Notes: generated by a model not told the origin, from the sequence alone. Positions 17,811-28,054 are shown, numbered from the stretch's first letter. The stretch is 57,945 nucleotides of DNA from Bacteroidota bacterium (GCA_024277895.1 JAJRUH010000181.1:1-57945); one strand, 5' to 3'. A program made the numbers and translations.

Positions 17811-19265
17811 ATGCAGGAAAGAAAAAGCGGAATATTATTGCATATAACCTCCCTGCCGGGAAAATACGGTATCGGAACTCTCGGAGAAGAAGCATATCGA
17901 TTTATTGATTTTCTGAAAGAAACAAAACAAACTTACTGGCAAATTTTGCCGTTAGGACATACGGGGTACGGGAATTCACCTTATTCTTCTTTTTCGGCTT
18001 TTGCCGGAAATCCGTTACTTATTGATTTACAGGCACTGCCCGTAACTTGTCTGAAACAAAAAGAACATAAAATTTCCGCTGTTGATTATAACTTTGTTAA
18101 AAAAACAAAAATCAGTTTACTAAAAAAAACAGCTTTTGATTTTATAAATTCCGATATTGAAAAACTCGATTTTGAAAAGTTTAAACACGAAAACAAATTT
18201 TGGCTTTTTGATTATGCTTTTTTCATAAGTTTAAAAGAGTATCACAACGAAAAACCATATTGGGATTTTGAAAAAGGTTTAAAATTTCGAGACAATAATA
18301 TTTTAGAAACTTTCCGAACAGAATTAAAAGCACAAATTGAAATATACGAAGTAATTCAATATTTTTTCTTTGAACAATGGTTTCGTTTAAAAACCTATGC
18401 CGCCGAAAACGGCATAAAAATAATCGGAGATATTCCGCTTTATGTTGCACCGGACAGTGCCGACACGTGGACACACCCTGAAATTTTTCTGCTGAATGAT
18501 AATTTATCACCCGTAAAAGTTGCCGGAGTTCCTCCGGATTATTTCAGCCCCACAGGACAACTTTGGGGTAATCCGGTTTACAATTGGCACAAGCAAAAAA
18601 AAGATAATTACCGGTGGTGGGAAGAACGTATTAAAATGAATTTCAAACTGTTTGACATTGTCCGCATAGACCATTTCAGAGGCTTATCAGAATTTTGGGC
18701 AGTTCCTTTCGGAAATGAAACCGCAGAATACGGCGAATGGATACCCGGACCCGAAGACGATTTTTTTGAAAAAATATTTAAAAATAACCCGAATTTTATT
18801 GCCGAAGACTTGGGATTTATAACAAAAGAGGTTGAAGTTCTTCGTGATAAATACAAATTGCCGGGAATGAAAATTTTGCAATTTGCATTTAATTCCGGAG
18901 CTTCAAATCCTTTTTTACCTCATCATTACGAAAAAAATTGTGTAGTTTATACAGGCACACATGACAACGACACTTCCGCCGGAATGTTTAATAACTTTTC
19001 GGATGAAGAAAAAATATTTTCGAAAAAATATTTTCATTATACAAATAAAAACTTTGCTCACAATTTAATGAAACTTGCCTGGTCGTCGGTTGCAAACACA
19101 GCAATTGCACCTATGCAGGATTTTTTGCAACTTTCGTCGGAACATCGAATGAATATACCCGGAACAATTAGTGATAACTGGATTTGGCGATTTAAATTTG
19201 AAGATATTTCACAAGAAGATAAAGATTTTCTGAAAGAAATTACAGAAACATACGGCAGAACATAA
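17811..19265 (+). CDS. malQ: 4-alpha-glucanotransferase (amylomaltase)
   Basis: Motifs SGILLHITSLPG, SPYSSFSAFAGNPLLID, VRIDHFRG and YTGTHDNDT. Confidence 0.95.
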   Translation: MQERKSGILLHITSLPGKYGIGTLGEEAYRFIDFLKETKQTYWQILPLGHTGYGNSPYSSFSAFAGNPLLIDLQALPVTCLKQKEHKISAVDYNFVKKTKISLLKKTAFDFINSDIEKLDFEKFKHENKFWLFDYAFFISLKEYHNEKPYWDFEKGLKFRDNNILETFRTELKAQIEIYEVIQYFFFEQWFRLKTYAAENGIKIIGDIPLYVAPDSADTWTHPEIFLLNDNLSPVKVAGVPPDYFSPTGQLWGNPVYNWHKQKKDNYRWWEERIKMNFKLFDIVRIDHFRGLSEFWAVPFGNETAEYGEWIPGPEDDFFEKIFKNNPNFIAEDLGFITKEVEVLRDKYKLPGMKILQFAFNSGASNPFLPHHYEKNCVVYTGTHDNDTSAGMFNNFSDEEKIFSKKYFHYTNKNFAHNLMKLAWSSVANTAIAPMQDFLQLSSEHRMNIPGTISDNWIWRFKFEDISQEDKDFLKEITETYGRT

Positions 19266-19276
19266 AACGTTACCGA

Positions 19277-20734
19277 ATGGAAAATAATTCAAATAACAAT
19301 AACGAAAATAATAACGGCAATTTTATAAATAATTTTATAAAATTTTTTACCGACATTTTCAATATTCGTGAAGGAACAGACAGAGTTAAAACTATTGAAT
19401 TTATTCAAAAAGACATTGAATTTAAAGGAAGGGGTATTTGGATATTAATCGCTTCTATTTTTATTGCTTCACTTGGATTAAACATAAATTCTACTGCTGT
19501 TGTTATCGGTGCTATGCTTATTTCTCCGCTGATGGGACCTATTCTCGGAATGGGACTTGCCGTAGGAACAAACGACTGGATTATCTTAAAAAAATCTTTA
19601 AAATATTTTTTAATTTCAATAATTGTAGGCGTTCGTACATCTGCTGTTTATTTTATGATTTCTCCTTTAAAAGAAGCATCATCCGAGCTGTTGGCAAGAA
19701 CACAACCCACACTTTTAGATGTTTTCATAGGCATATTCGGAGGAATGGCCGGGATAATAGCCCTTTCGGGTGACGAAAAATCAAACGTTATTCCGGGTGT
19801 TGCCATTGCAACGGCTCTAATGCCGCCGCTTTGCACAGCCGGATACGGACTTGCAACTTGGCAATTACATTTCTTTACCGGGGCTTTATATTTATTTTTC
19901 ATTAATTCAGTTTTCATAAGTTTAACAACTCTAATTGCCGTAAAATATTTAAGATTTCCTAAAATGAATTATGTAAATCCGAAACGCGAAAAAAGAATAA
20001 GATTTTACATATTTATTTTCATTATTATCATTATTCTTCCGAGTGCACAAATTTTTTGGAACGTAATTAAAGAATCGCAATTTAATCGCAGAGCCGACAA
20101 TTTTATTACAGAAAACTTAAAACCTTATAAACCGGATATTATTTACACACAAAAACACTATTCCGATACACTTTCCGAAATAAATATTTATTTAACACAT
20201 TATAGTATTCCGGATGCAGAAATAAAAGATTTACAAGATAAATTACAACTTTACGGTCTTTCAAAAAAAGGTTCTGCAATACGAGTTACCGATTCTACAG
20301 CTCTTATTTTCCATCAGGAAAAAAACAATTTCGATACTTTGGTAAATAAAATTAATAATATACAAAAGAATCTACCTGAAAAATTAAGAATCGGCGTATT
20401 AGAAGAAATATATAAAAATCAGGAAAAAGCAATTACCGGAAAAAATACTAAAATAGAATTTCTTGAGAATCAATTAATCAGAATAAAACAAGATACGATA
20501 CCTTTATACAGTTTGAAAAAAGAATTAGCTGTCCAATATCCGCGAATTGAAAAGTTTGCTTTCGCAAAAAGCATTGAACTTAACAATTCCGGAAAATACG
20601 ACACTATACCGACAATTCTTGTTAAATGGAAAAAAGGAACTTACAACAGTTATATAAGAAAACAATCAAAAACTTTAAGAGACTGGCTGAAAATAAGATT
20701 AAATAAAGACACTTTAAGAGTTGTAAAATTTTAA
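19277..20734 (+). CDS. DUF389 family membrane protein with a long soluble C-terminal extension
   Basis: Hydrophobic core with AMLISPLMGPILG and ALMPPLCTAGYGLA motifs typical of DUF389. Confidence 0.7.
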   Translation: MENNSNNNNENNNGNFINNFIKFFTDIFNIREGTDRVKTIEFIQKDIEFKGRGIWILIASIFIASLGLNINSTAVVIGAMLISPLMGPILGMGLAVGTNDWIILKKSLKYFLISIIVGVRTSAVYFMISPLKEASSELLARTQPTLLDVFIGIFGGMAGIIALSGDEKSNVIPGVAIATALMPPLCTAGYGLATWQLHFFTGALYLFFINSVFISLTTLIAVKYLRFPKMNYVNPKREKRIRFYIFIFIIIIILPSAQIFWNVIKESQFNRRADNFITENLKPYKPDIIYTQKHYSDTLSEINIYLTHYSIPDAEIKDLQDKLQLYGLSKKGSAIRVTDSTALIFHQEKNNFDTLVNKINNIQKNLPEKLRIGVLEEIYKNQEKAITGKNTKIEFLENQLIRIKQDTIPLYSLKKELAVQYPRIEKFAFAKSIELNNSGKYDTIPTILVKWKKGTYNSYIRKQSKTLRDWLKIRLNKDTLRVVKF

Positions 20735-20752
20735 CGAAGCCGGCACAACAGC

Positions 20753-23700
20753 TTATATTCTTACACCCATAACAATAATATCATCTGTCTGTTCAAATTC
20801 GCCTTTCCATTTAGTAAGGATTTCTTTCAGAATTTCTTTTTGTTCCTGCATCGGTTTATTATAAATCTTTAATAACAGTTTTTTAAAATTACGTTTATTA
20901 AATTTCTGATTGTTATATCCGAACTGATCCGAATAACCATCAGAGAAAGTATAAATCATATCATTCTTTTTCAACTCAAATTTTTGATATTGAAAAGGAT
21001 TTTCTTTATGATGTATTCCAATCGGATTTCGATTTGCTTTCAACTCTGTTAACTCACCGTCTCGAATAATGTATGCAGGATTAAAAGCCCCTGCAAATTG
21101 AAGCTGCATATCTTCATGGTCTATAATACACAAAGCAATGTCCATTCCGTCTTTCGATTCAATACCGGCAGTTGTTTGATTCAATGAGCTTTTTATCTTT
21201 TTTCTTAATCTGTTCAAAAATTCATCCGGTGTATCGAAACGTACTTTTGTAACTATTTCACTAAGGAAAGAAATTCCGAGCATACTTAACATTGCCCCCG
21301 GAACACCGTGTCCGGTACAATCTCCGACGGCATAAACAGTATATTCTCTGATTTGTTTTATCCAATAAAAATCTCCGCTTACAATATCTCTCGGTTTAAA
21401 AAATACAAAATAATCTGTCAACGATTTATCTAAAACATTTTTTGACGGCATCATAGCCTGTTGAATACGTTTTGCATATACAATACTGTCTTTAATGCTT
21501 TTATGATTTTTTACAATTTGATTTCGTTGTTCTTCGATTGTTTTCGTTCGTTCTTTAATTTTTTGCTCCAATAATTTCTGATTTTTCTTAAGTTTTCGTT
21601 CCCTCAATTTAATAATCAAAACAACAATCAAAACTAATAACAAGCCGGAACTTATTAAAAACCAATCTTTTTCCCAAAATGCTTCTTTAACGAAAAAAGT
21701 TATCTTCTCTTCTTCACTTATTGAATTAAGAATATTTTTTGCTTTAACATGAAAAATATATTTACCATGCGGTAAATAAGGAAAAGATATTTCATTATTT
21801 TTCCCCCATTCCGAAGGTTTTTTCATCAATCCTTCCAAAAAATACTGATACTCAACGGCATCTTGTTTAATAAAAAACGGAGCAGACAATGTTATTTTAA
21901 TATTATTCTCATCAGCATCCAAAGATATATCCGTTAAAGAATATTTTTTACCTTTTTGATTTGTAACAGTTTTAATGAATAAGTTTTGTTTGGGATTATA
22001 AAATGAAACATTCAAATTATTTATTTTGTACAGATTATTTTTATCGTCAATAATCCAAGTGTCATTTAATTTATCTACATACAAATATTCAATATTGTCA
22101 AATAAATTCAAATAAATATTATTATTACAATCATAGTTTTTAGGATATATAAGAGAAATCCATGAGTTGTTTTCATTCATCCATAAAACATCAGGTTGGG
22201 TTTTAATAAAGGACAGCTCCTTACTTTCCAAAACGATTATACTATCCTGTTTTTCGCTGTAAGCCAACACCTTAGACGGAAGTAACACATAAATAGTATT
22301 CTCAAATTCTTGAATCAGAGTAGGTTCTTCATACTTGTTATTGATTTTATAAGATTTTATTTCTGTATTACCAAAATTCAACAAATAAATATTTCCTGCC
22401 GTACCGACCCAAACAGCAGTATCATTTGCTGATACCGAAGTTACATTATTACCCTTTAAGTCATTTACTTCTGAAACCTTATATTCTTCTTCATTAAATT
22501 CCAAAATAAGCAATCCGCTGTTAGTACAAACATAAAACAGATTCGAATTGTTTTTTGACTGAATAATATTATTAATATAACGATCGGAAATTATATGCTC
22601 GGCTTCTTTATCTTTAATTAAATATACGCCGTTATTCCCTCCCGCCAATAATTCGTTGCCGTACGGAACCAAAATTTTACACCTGTCATTTAAATTCTCA
22701 ATCTTTTTATAAGAATGGCTTACAGATTGCATCCCTAATAACTTTCTTTTTCGAATCAAAGAATTTCGTTTTCTTTCAGATAAATTGATAGTATTGTCAG
22801 GAGAAACGAAATCCTTTATTTTTTTCTGAAGACCGGCAAAAAGCCCTTTCTTTTTCGCATCTTCTTTGGCTTTCATCCTTTTCTTAGTTTTTAATTTTTT
22901 GGAAACCGTTTTAATTTCATTTTCAATGAGTCGTGCTCGCTTATGGGCATCTAATTCTTCCAAAAAAAATAAACTTTCGTTTGTTCCGACATAAATTGTA
23001 TTATTAAGATTTATTACAGACAATAATCTTCCTTCAATACCCGGATAGCTGTTGTAAAGTTTTACCGGAACAGAAAAATCAATACGACTTATTCCTAATC
23101 CGTGAGATAACCACAATCCGTTATTATCATCCTTGCCGATTGCAAAAATCTCATTGTCAGGCAATCCCGATGAGTAATTAATGTTTTTAACGGTTTTTCT
23201 TGTTTTAGAATCAATAATCAAAATACCGCCGATTAAAGTTGATAAAGCAATCTGTGTATTTGTAAGCAAAACTGCATTGGTTAATATGCTTTCATCCAAA
23301 TATTTCTGATCTCGTATGTTAAATTGCCAAACAGATTTCCCGCCGAAATAATACAATTTATTATTTGTTGTTCCAATTAAAGTCTTTGTTTTACTTATAG
23401 GAAAATCAAAAACTATTTTACCGATATTTTTTTTATTTTTTATACGTCGAAAATAAATCGAATCATTCTTCAATTTATAGAATGTGTTATCTTCAGTAAC
23501 AAAAAATATTTGATCTGACTGATTAATAATTCTGTTTATCCGTTTATTGTTTTTAAAGTTCAAAATCTGTTTTATAACAGTATAATCATCTGTATTATAT
23601 ATTGTTATAAAATTTTCCGACACTACAATAAGTTTATTTCCCAATGAAGAAATTTCAATAACTTTTCCGATATTTTCAGAGTTATTTTTTATGGAAACAA

Positions 23701-24046
23701 AAACCTGAATACCTGTAGTATCCCTTTTTAAATAACCGACATCATTAACACATCCCGCATAAATTTTATTATCTGCTGTATCCGAATACATCGTTAAAGG
23801 CATCGCCGGTGTCGGAATAATATCCCAGGCAGAACCGTCAAAACTCAAAATTCCTTTTTGATTTGCAAAAAACATATGTTGCTTTTTACCTTGAATAATA
23901 AACCAATTATTAAGTTTATATTTATTATTTAACTTATAATTTGTAATAAACGGGCTTCCTTCCTGAGCTGAAACCGAAAAAGTTATAATTATAAAAAATG
24001 CAAAAACCAAAATTCGGTTTAAATATACACTGTGTTTCAATTTCAT
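20753..24046 (-). CDS. Sensor phosphatase: periplasmic two-component-regulator propeller/Y_Y_Y region, one TM helix, coiled coil, C-terminal SpoIIE/PP2C domain
   Basis: The ATG at 24046 (MKLKHSV) gives a signal peptide. The PP2C motifs are DIVSGDFYW, GDCTGHGVPGAMLSM, DGMDIALC, SDGYSDQ and TDDIIVMGVRI. Confidence 0.8.
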   Translation of the reverse strand: MKLKHSVYLNRILVFAFFIIITFSVSAQEGSPFITNYKLNNKYKLNNWFIIQGKKQHMFFANQKGILSFDGSAWDIIPTPAMPLTMYSDTADNKIYAGCVNDVGYLKRDTTGIQVFVSIKNNSENIGKVIEISSLGNKLIVVSENFITIYNTDDYTVIKQILNFKNNKRINRIINQSDQIFFVTEDNTFYKLKNDSIYFRRIKNKKNIGKIVFDFPISKTKTLIGTTNNKLYYFGGKSVWQFNIRDQKYLDESILTNAVLLTNTQIALSTLIGGILIIDSKTRKTVKNINYSSGLPDNEIFAIGKDDNNGLWLSHGLGISRIDFSVPVKLYNSYPGIEGRLLSVINLNNTIYVGTNESLFFLEELDAHKRARLIENEIKTVSKKLKTKKRMKAKEDAKKKGLFAGLQKKIKDFVSPDNTINLSERKRNSLIRKRKLLGMQSVSHSYKKIENLNDRCKILVPYGNELLAGGNNGVYLIKDKEAEHIISDRYINNIIQSKNNSNLFYVCTNSGLLILEFNEEEYKVSEVNDLKGNNVTSVSANDTAVWVGTAGNIYLLNFGNTEIKSYKINNKYEEPTLIQEFENTIYVLLPSKVLAYSEKQDSIIVLESKELSFIKTQPDVLWMNENNSWISLIYPKNYDCNNNIYLNLFDNIEYLYVDKLNDTWIIDDKNNLYKINNLNVSFYNPKQNLFIKTVTNQKGKKYSLTDISLDADENNIKITLSAPFFIKQDAVEYQYFLEGLMKKPSEWGKNNEISFPYLPHGKYIFHVKAKNILNSISEEEKITFFVKEAFWEKDWFLISSGLLLVLIVVLIIKLRERKLKKNQKLLEQKIKERTKTIEEQRNQIVKNHKSIKDSIVYAKRIQQAMMPSKNVLDKSLTDYFVFFKPRDIVSGDFYWIKQIREYTVYAVGDCTGHGVPGAMLSMLGISFLSEIVTKVRFDTPDEFLNRLRKKIKSSLNQTTAGIESKDGMDIALCIIDHEDMQLQFAGAFNPAYIIRDGELTELKANRNPIGIHHKENPFQYQKFELKKNDMIYTFSDGYSDQFGYNNQKFNKRNFKKLLLKIYNKPMQEQKEILKEILTKWKGEFEQTDDIIVMGVRI

Positions 24047-24068
24047 AAATATAATATTAAACAACCTG

Positions 24069-24076
24069 CAAATTTA
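24069..24076 (-). promoter_or_regulatory. Candidate -7 promoter box (TAAATTTG on minus strand) for the sensor phosphatase gene
   Basis: The plus strand reads CAAATTTA, 23 nt upstream of the ATG at 24046. It sits only about 5 nt upstream of the ORF-track TTG start codon (24062-24064), so transcription would begin at or past that codon. Confidence 0.4.
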
Positions 24077-24170
24077 CTTAAAATACTTATCCCGTAAAAA
24101 GAAGTTTTGTTTTTTCAATAATTTGTTAATAACCTACACACAGCATTACGCATAAGTACGATAATTTTAA

Positions 24171-24178
24171 TATTTTTG
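24171..24178 (+). promoter_or_regulatory. Candidate -7 promoter box TATTTTTG for thyA-folA
   Basis: Matches TAnnTTTG 21 nt upstream of the ATG at 24199. Confidence 0.45.
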
Positions 24179-24198
24179 TATCTTAAATTTTAAACTCA

Positions 24199-24993
24199 AT
24201 GCAACAATATTTAAAGCTGTTAGACAGGGTATTAACAGAAGGCGTAAAAAAAGAAGACCGAACCGGAACCGGAACAATCAGTGTTTTCGGTCATCAAATG
24301 CGTTTTAATTTACAGGAAGGTTTTCCTTTGATTACAACAAAAAAACTACATTTGAAATCAATCATTTATGAACTGCTGTGGTTTATAAAAGGCTCTTCAA
24401 ATGTTAAATATCTGCAAGATAACGGAATAAAAATTTGGAACGAATGGGCAGATTCAGATGGCGAACTCGGCAGAATTTACGGCTATCAATGGCGTTCGTG
24501 GACAACAGAAAACGGCGGACATATTGACCAACTTATAAATGTAATAAAGCAACTGAAAAAAAACCCTAATTCCCGAAGACATATTGTAAGTGCCTGGAAT
24601 GTAAGTGATTTAGATAAAATGAATTTGCCTCCTTGCCATATTCTGTTTCAATTTTATGTTGCCGAAAATAAATTGTCCTGCCAATTGTATCAACGAAGTG
24701 CTGACATTTTTCTCGGTGTGCCTTTTAATATCGCATCTTATGCTTTGCTTATTATGATGGTTGCCCGAGAAACCGGCTACGAACTCGGCGATTTTATTCA
24801 TACTTTAGGAGATGCACACATCTACACCAATCACATTGAACAAGTAAAATTACAATTGTCAAGAGAACCGCACCCGCTTCCTACAATGTTATTAAATTCC
24901 GAAGTTAACAATGTTATTGATTTTAAATACAAAGATTTTACTCTCGAAAATTACAATCCGCATCCGCACATCAAAGGTGCAATATCTGTTTAA
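24199..24993 (+). CDS. thyA: Thymidylate synthase
   Basis: 264 aa with motifs [20 protein letters not shown] and [17 protein letters not shown]. Confidence 0.97.
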   Translation: MQQYLKLLDRVLTEGVKKEDRTGTGTISVFGHQMRFNLQEGFPLITTKKLHLKSIIYELLWFIKGSSNVKYLQDNGIKIWNEWADSDGELGRIYGYQWRSWTTENGGHIDQLINVIKQLKKNPNSRRHIVSAWNVSDLDKMNLPPCHILFQFYVAENKLSCQLYQRSADIFLGVPFNIASYALLIMMVARETGYELGDFIHTLGDAHIYTNHIEQVKLQLSREPHPLPTMLLNSEVNNVIDFKYKDFTLENYNPHPHIKGAISV

Positions 24994-24995
24994 TT

Positions 24996-25502
24996 ATGAC
25001 AATTTCAATTATAGCCGCCGTTGCAGAAAATAATGTTATCGGAAAAAATAACGATTTAACTTGGCATATTTCGGAGGATTTAAAACGGTTTAAAAAATTA
25101 ACATCAGGACATCCTGTTATTATGGGCAGAAAAACTTATGAATCTCTGCCGTTTAAACCTTTACCCGGAAGAAAAAATATTGTTTTAACTTCTCAAAAGA
25201 AAATCAGTTTTGAAGGAGCACTAATTGTAAACTCAATTAAGGAAGCACTGAGTAAATGCTCAGATGATGATGAAGTTTTTATATGCGGAGGGGCAGCCAT
25301 ATACAAACTTTTCTGTCCTTTTACCGAACGACTGTATTTAACAAAAATACATCATATTTTTGAAGGAGATACTTTTTTCCCTGAAATTAAATATTCAGAA
25401 TGGAAAACGGAATTTAAATCTGAGCTGTTTTTTGATGAAAAAGCTCAATTAAAATACTCATTTATAAATTATATAAGGAAACAAAAAAAAGAGGCTTTAT
25501 AA
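24996..25502 (+). CDS. folA: Dihydrofolate reductase
   Basis: 168 aa with motifs ISIIAAVAENNVIGKNNDLTW, VIMGRKTYESL and ICGGAAIY. It starts 3 nt after thyA. Confidence 0.92.
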   Translation: MTISIIAAVAENNVIGKNNDLTWHISEDLKRFKKLTSGHPVIMGRKTYESLPFKPLPGRKNIVLTSQKKISFEGALIVNSIKEALSKCSDDDEVFICGGAAIYKLFCPFTERLYLTKIHHIFEGDTFFPEIKYSEWKTEFKSELFFDEKAQLKYSFINYIRKQKKEAL

Positions 25503-25512
25503 CCTCTTTTTG
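25490..25512. terminator. Intrinsic terminator overlapping the folA stop codon, usable by both convergent genes
   Basis: AGAGG-CTTTATAA-CCTCT followed by TTTTTG and preceded by an A-run. Confidence 0.6.
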
Positions 25513-25533
25513 AATTTTGCAAGTTTATAAAAT

Positions 25534-26424
25534 TTATTCCAACGTTACCGTCATTACCGGTAAAGCCATATGCCATTTTGTATTTTCATTGTCAAAATTT
25601 AAATCTCCCGCACCAAAAGCTCCGCTGCCGTCTTTATCTTCAAATTGCCAGCAATTATTTACATTAAAATCAAGAATAATGTTTTCGCCTGCGTTATCTG
25701 TTAAATCAAAATTTATTACCGCAGAATATACCGGATGCGGAGCATTGTTCATAAAATCTACATCGCCGAAAGGTCCGTAATTATTTCCGGGTTTCCCGGC
25801 AAAATCAAACCAAATATTTCCGTCCCCCAAGCCGTCATCACTTTCATCTTGAGTATATGCAGCAGATCTGGGAGAAACAGGTGTCATATCCGGACTTTGT
25901 CCGTTTCCGAGCAGCCATCCTTCTTCGCTTCCGGCATCATTAATTTGAGTCATATCACCGGGTTGATGTAATCCGCCTTCCGTTTCGGCATCATCAGATA
26001 AATAAATGCGAATATTTCTCGGTTCATTACCGCTGCTTGCAGTAATATTTAATTTCATTTGCAAATAATAAATTTCAACTTTAACTGAAGAATAAGTTCC
26101 GTCGGGAACTGTTGTTCCCTGCATTAAAGAATGAGTTGTATTTGCATCCGAAAAATCAAATACCAAAGAAGAACTTAAATCACTTTTATTAAATATTTCA
26201 AAATCAGGAGTGCCGTCATCTCCCTGTAATACAACACTTTTTAGTGCTACATAATAATTTGCCGGTGTTTGTTTTGTCATATCAATTTTAGAAGCATCAA
26301 TCGGAGCATTAAAATCAATTTTTAATTTCACATCTTTAATACTTCTGAAAGAATCTTTTTTACAGGCTCCCGCCGAAATCAAAACGGCAATAAAAATAAT
26401 ACTTATTTTTGTAATAGTTTTCAT
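25534..26424 (-). CDS. Hypothetical lipoprotein
   Basis: The ATG at 26424 gives MKTITKISIIFIAVLISAGAC, a lipobox ending in Cys. I recognise no catalytic motif. Confidence 0.6.
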   Translation of the reverse strand: MKTITKISIIFIAVLISAGACKKDSFRSIKDVKLKIDFNAPIDASKIDMTKQTPANYYVALKSVVLQGDDGTPDFEIFNKSDLSSSLVFDFSDANTTHSLMQGTTVPDGTYSSVKVEIYYLQMKLNITASSGNEPRNIRIYLSDDAETEGGLHQPGDMTQINDAGSEEGWLLGNGQSPDMTPVSPRSAAYTQDESDDGLGDGNIWFDFAGKPGNNYGPFGDVDFMNNAPHPVYSAVINFDLTDNAGENIILDFNVNNCWQFEDKDGSGAFGAGDLNFDNENTKWHMALPVMTVTLE

Positions 26425-26572
26425 AATAAATAGTTTTAAATTTAATATGTAAAAATACAAAAATTTTATTTCAATTTTTACATCCTGTTAAATAACATCA
26501 TTAAACCTTTGCTTATAAAAAGAGTCATATTGATGAAAGATATAAAAATTTCTCATAATCAAACGACAGGAG

Positions 26573-26598
26573 CCTGCATAAAATTATGCAGGTTTTTT
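26573..26598 (+). terminator. Orphan plus-strand intrinsic terminator with no annotated plus-strand gene upstream
   Basis: CCTGCATA-AAAT-TATGCAGG (8-bp perfect stem) followed by TTTTTT. Confidence 0.6.
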
Positions 26599-26661
26599 AA
26601 AGAATATTAATAAAAAAACAATATTTCAGAAAACAAATAACAAAAATAAAAAACAAACAGT

Positions 26662-26669
26662 TATATTTG
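26662..26669 (+). promoter_or_regulatory. Candidate -7 promoter box TATATTTG
   Basis: Matches TAnnTTTG 17 nt upstream of the ATG at 26686. Confidence 0.4.
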
Positions 26670-26685
26670 AACAAATTTAAAATTG

Positions 26686-27297
26686 ATGACTTTTAAAAAA
26701 AGAATTGATAAATACAAGAAAAAATCAATCGGAGCTAAAATCTCGGATATTATTTTCATAATCTTTGTTGCCGCTATGCTTACATCATCAGGAAGAATGG
26801 CAATAGGCGGGTTTGTTAACCGCATTAAAGCGATGATAATCGCCCCTTCCGTCAATTCAGAAAAGAATATTATTCAACTCTCAGAAACCGATTATAATTG
26901 GGAACTTAAAAACATTAACGGAAACAGTATAAATTTTTCGGATTATAAAGGCAAAGTTATTTTTTTAAATTTTTGGGCTGCCTGGTGTCCGCCATGTGTA
27001 GGCGAAATGCCCGAAATTCAAAAATTATATAACATTTATAAAAACAATAAAAATATTCAATTTCTGCTTGTTACGAACGAACCTGTTCAAAAAGCACAAG
27101 AATTTATCCGAAAAAGAGAATACGATTTCCCTGTTTTTTCATCCGTTTCGGCAACTCCTTCGGTTTTCAAATCAAATGTAATTCCTACAACTTTTATTAT
27201 TTCAAAAGATGGGAAAATATTGGTGAACGAAACCGGAGCAACAAATTGGAGCGGAAAAACAACAACAGAACTTATAGAAAAGTTAATCAATGAATAA
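26686..27297 (+). CDS. TlpA/ResA-like thiol-disulfide oxidoreductase (thioredoxin fold, membrane anchored)
   Basis: An N-terminal TM segment and the WAAWCPPC active site. Confidence 0.85.
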   Translation: MTFKKRIDKYKKKSIGAKISDIIFIIFVAAMLTSSGRMAIGGFVNRIKAMIIAPSVNSEKNIIQLSETDYNWELKNINGNSINFSDYKGKVIFLNFWAAWCPPCVGEMPEIQKLYNIYKNNKNIQFLLVTNEPVQKAQEFIRKREYDFPVFSSVSATPSVFKSNVIPTTFIISKDGKILVNETGATNWSGKTTTELIEKLINE

Positions 27298-27325
27298 ATC
27301 AATTATTAATTTAAAATTTTAAAAC

Positions 27326-27928
27326 ATGAAAAAACTATTATTAGCAATTGCTGTTATCTTCCTTGCGGGAAATATACAGGCACAAAGAATTAAACTCGTT
27401 GACGGAAATCTAAAATTTTTAAAGGGTGTAAAAGATTTGAATTTGGAATATACTTATAACGATATGAAAGTCGGTAAATATTCCGAAGCCGATTATGTGG
27501 CAAAAAAAACAGAAGAATATAATAAAAAAGAAGCCGGACGCGGTGATAAATGGGCAAATATGTGGGTTGAAGACAGAGAAAAAAGATTTGAACCCAGATT
27601 TGAATTGCTGTTTAACAAATACATCGCAAAATATGATGCTGTTGCGGAACAAAGTAATAATGATGCGGAATACACTATGATTTTACAAACATATTTTACA
27701 GAACCCGGTTATTATATCGGAATATCTTCTGCGCCTGCTTCCGTCAATTGTAAAGCAATTTTTGTAAAAACATCCGATCCGAATACCGTACTTGCTAAAA
27801 TTGACATTAAAAAATCTCCCGGACGTGCAGGAGCAGGTTGGGACACAGGTGAACGCATAAAAGAAGCTTATGCTAAAGCCGGAAAAGAACTTGCAAAATT
27901 TTTAATAAAAAATAAAGCTTTTAAATAG
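27326..27928 (+). CDS. Hypothetical secreted protein
   Basis: 200 aa with the signal peptide MKKLLLAIAVIFLAGNIQAQ. No recognisable family. Confidence 0.55.
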   Translation: MKKLLLAIAVIFLAGNIQAQRIKLVDGNLKFLKGVKDLNLEYTYNDMKVGKYSEADYVAKKTEEYNKKEAGRGDKWANMWVEDREKRFEPRFELLFNKYIAKYDAVAEQSNNDAEYTMILQTYFTEPGYYIGISSAPASVNCKAIFVKTSDPNTVLAKIDIKKSPGRAGAGWDTGERIKEAYAKAGKELAKFLIKNKAFK

Positions 27929-27957
27929 CATACTTTTACATTTTAATAAAATACAGG

Positions 27958-28054
27958 CAGAAACAGCTTGCTGTTATTTCGTATATTTTTAACTTTTAAT
28001 ACGACCGGAATCATTTAAAGGCTTACAAAACGAAACAATTGCAAGCTGTTTCTG
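27958..28054. repeat. Inverted repeat pair: CAGAAACAGCTTGC (27958-27971) and GCAAGCTGTTTCTG (28041-28054)
   Basis: 14-bp perfect arms separated by 69 nt. The first arm also forms a local hairpin (AACAG-CTTG-CTGTT) followed by a T-rich run, which is a likely terminator for the upstream gene. Confidence 0.7.
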
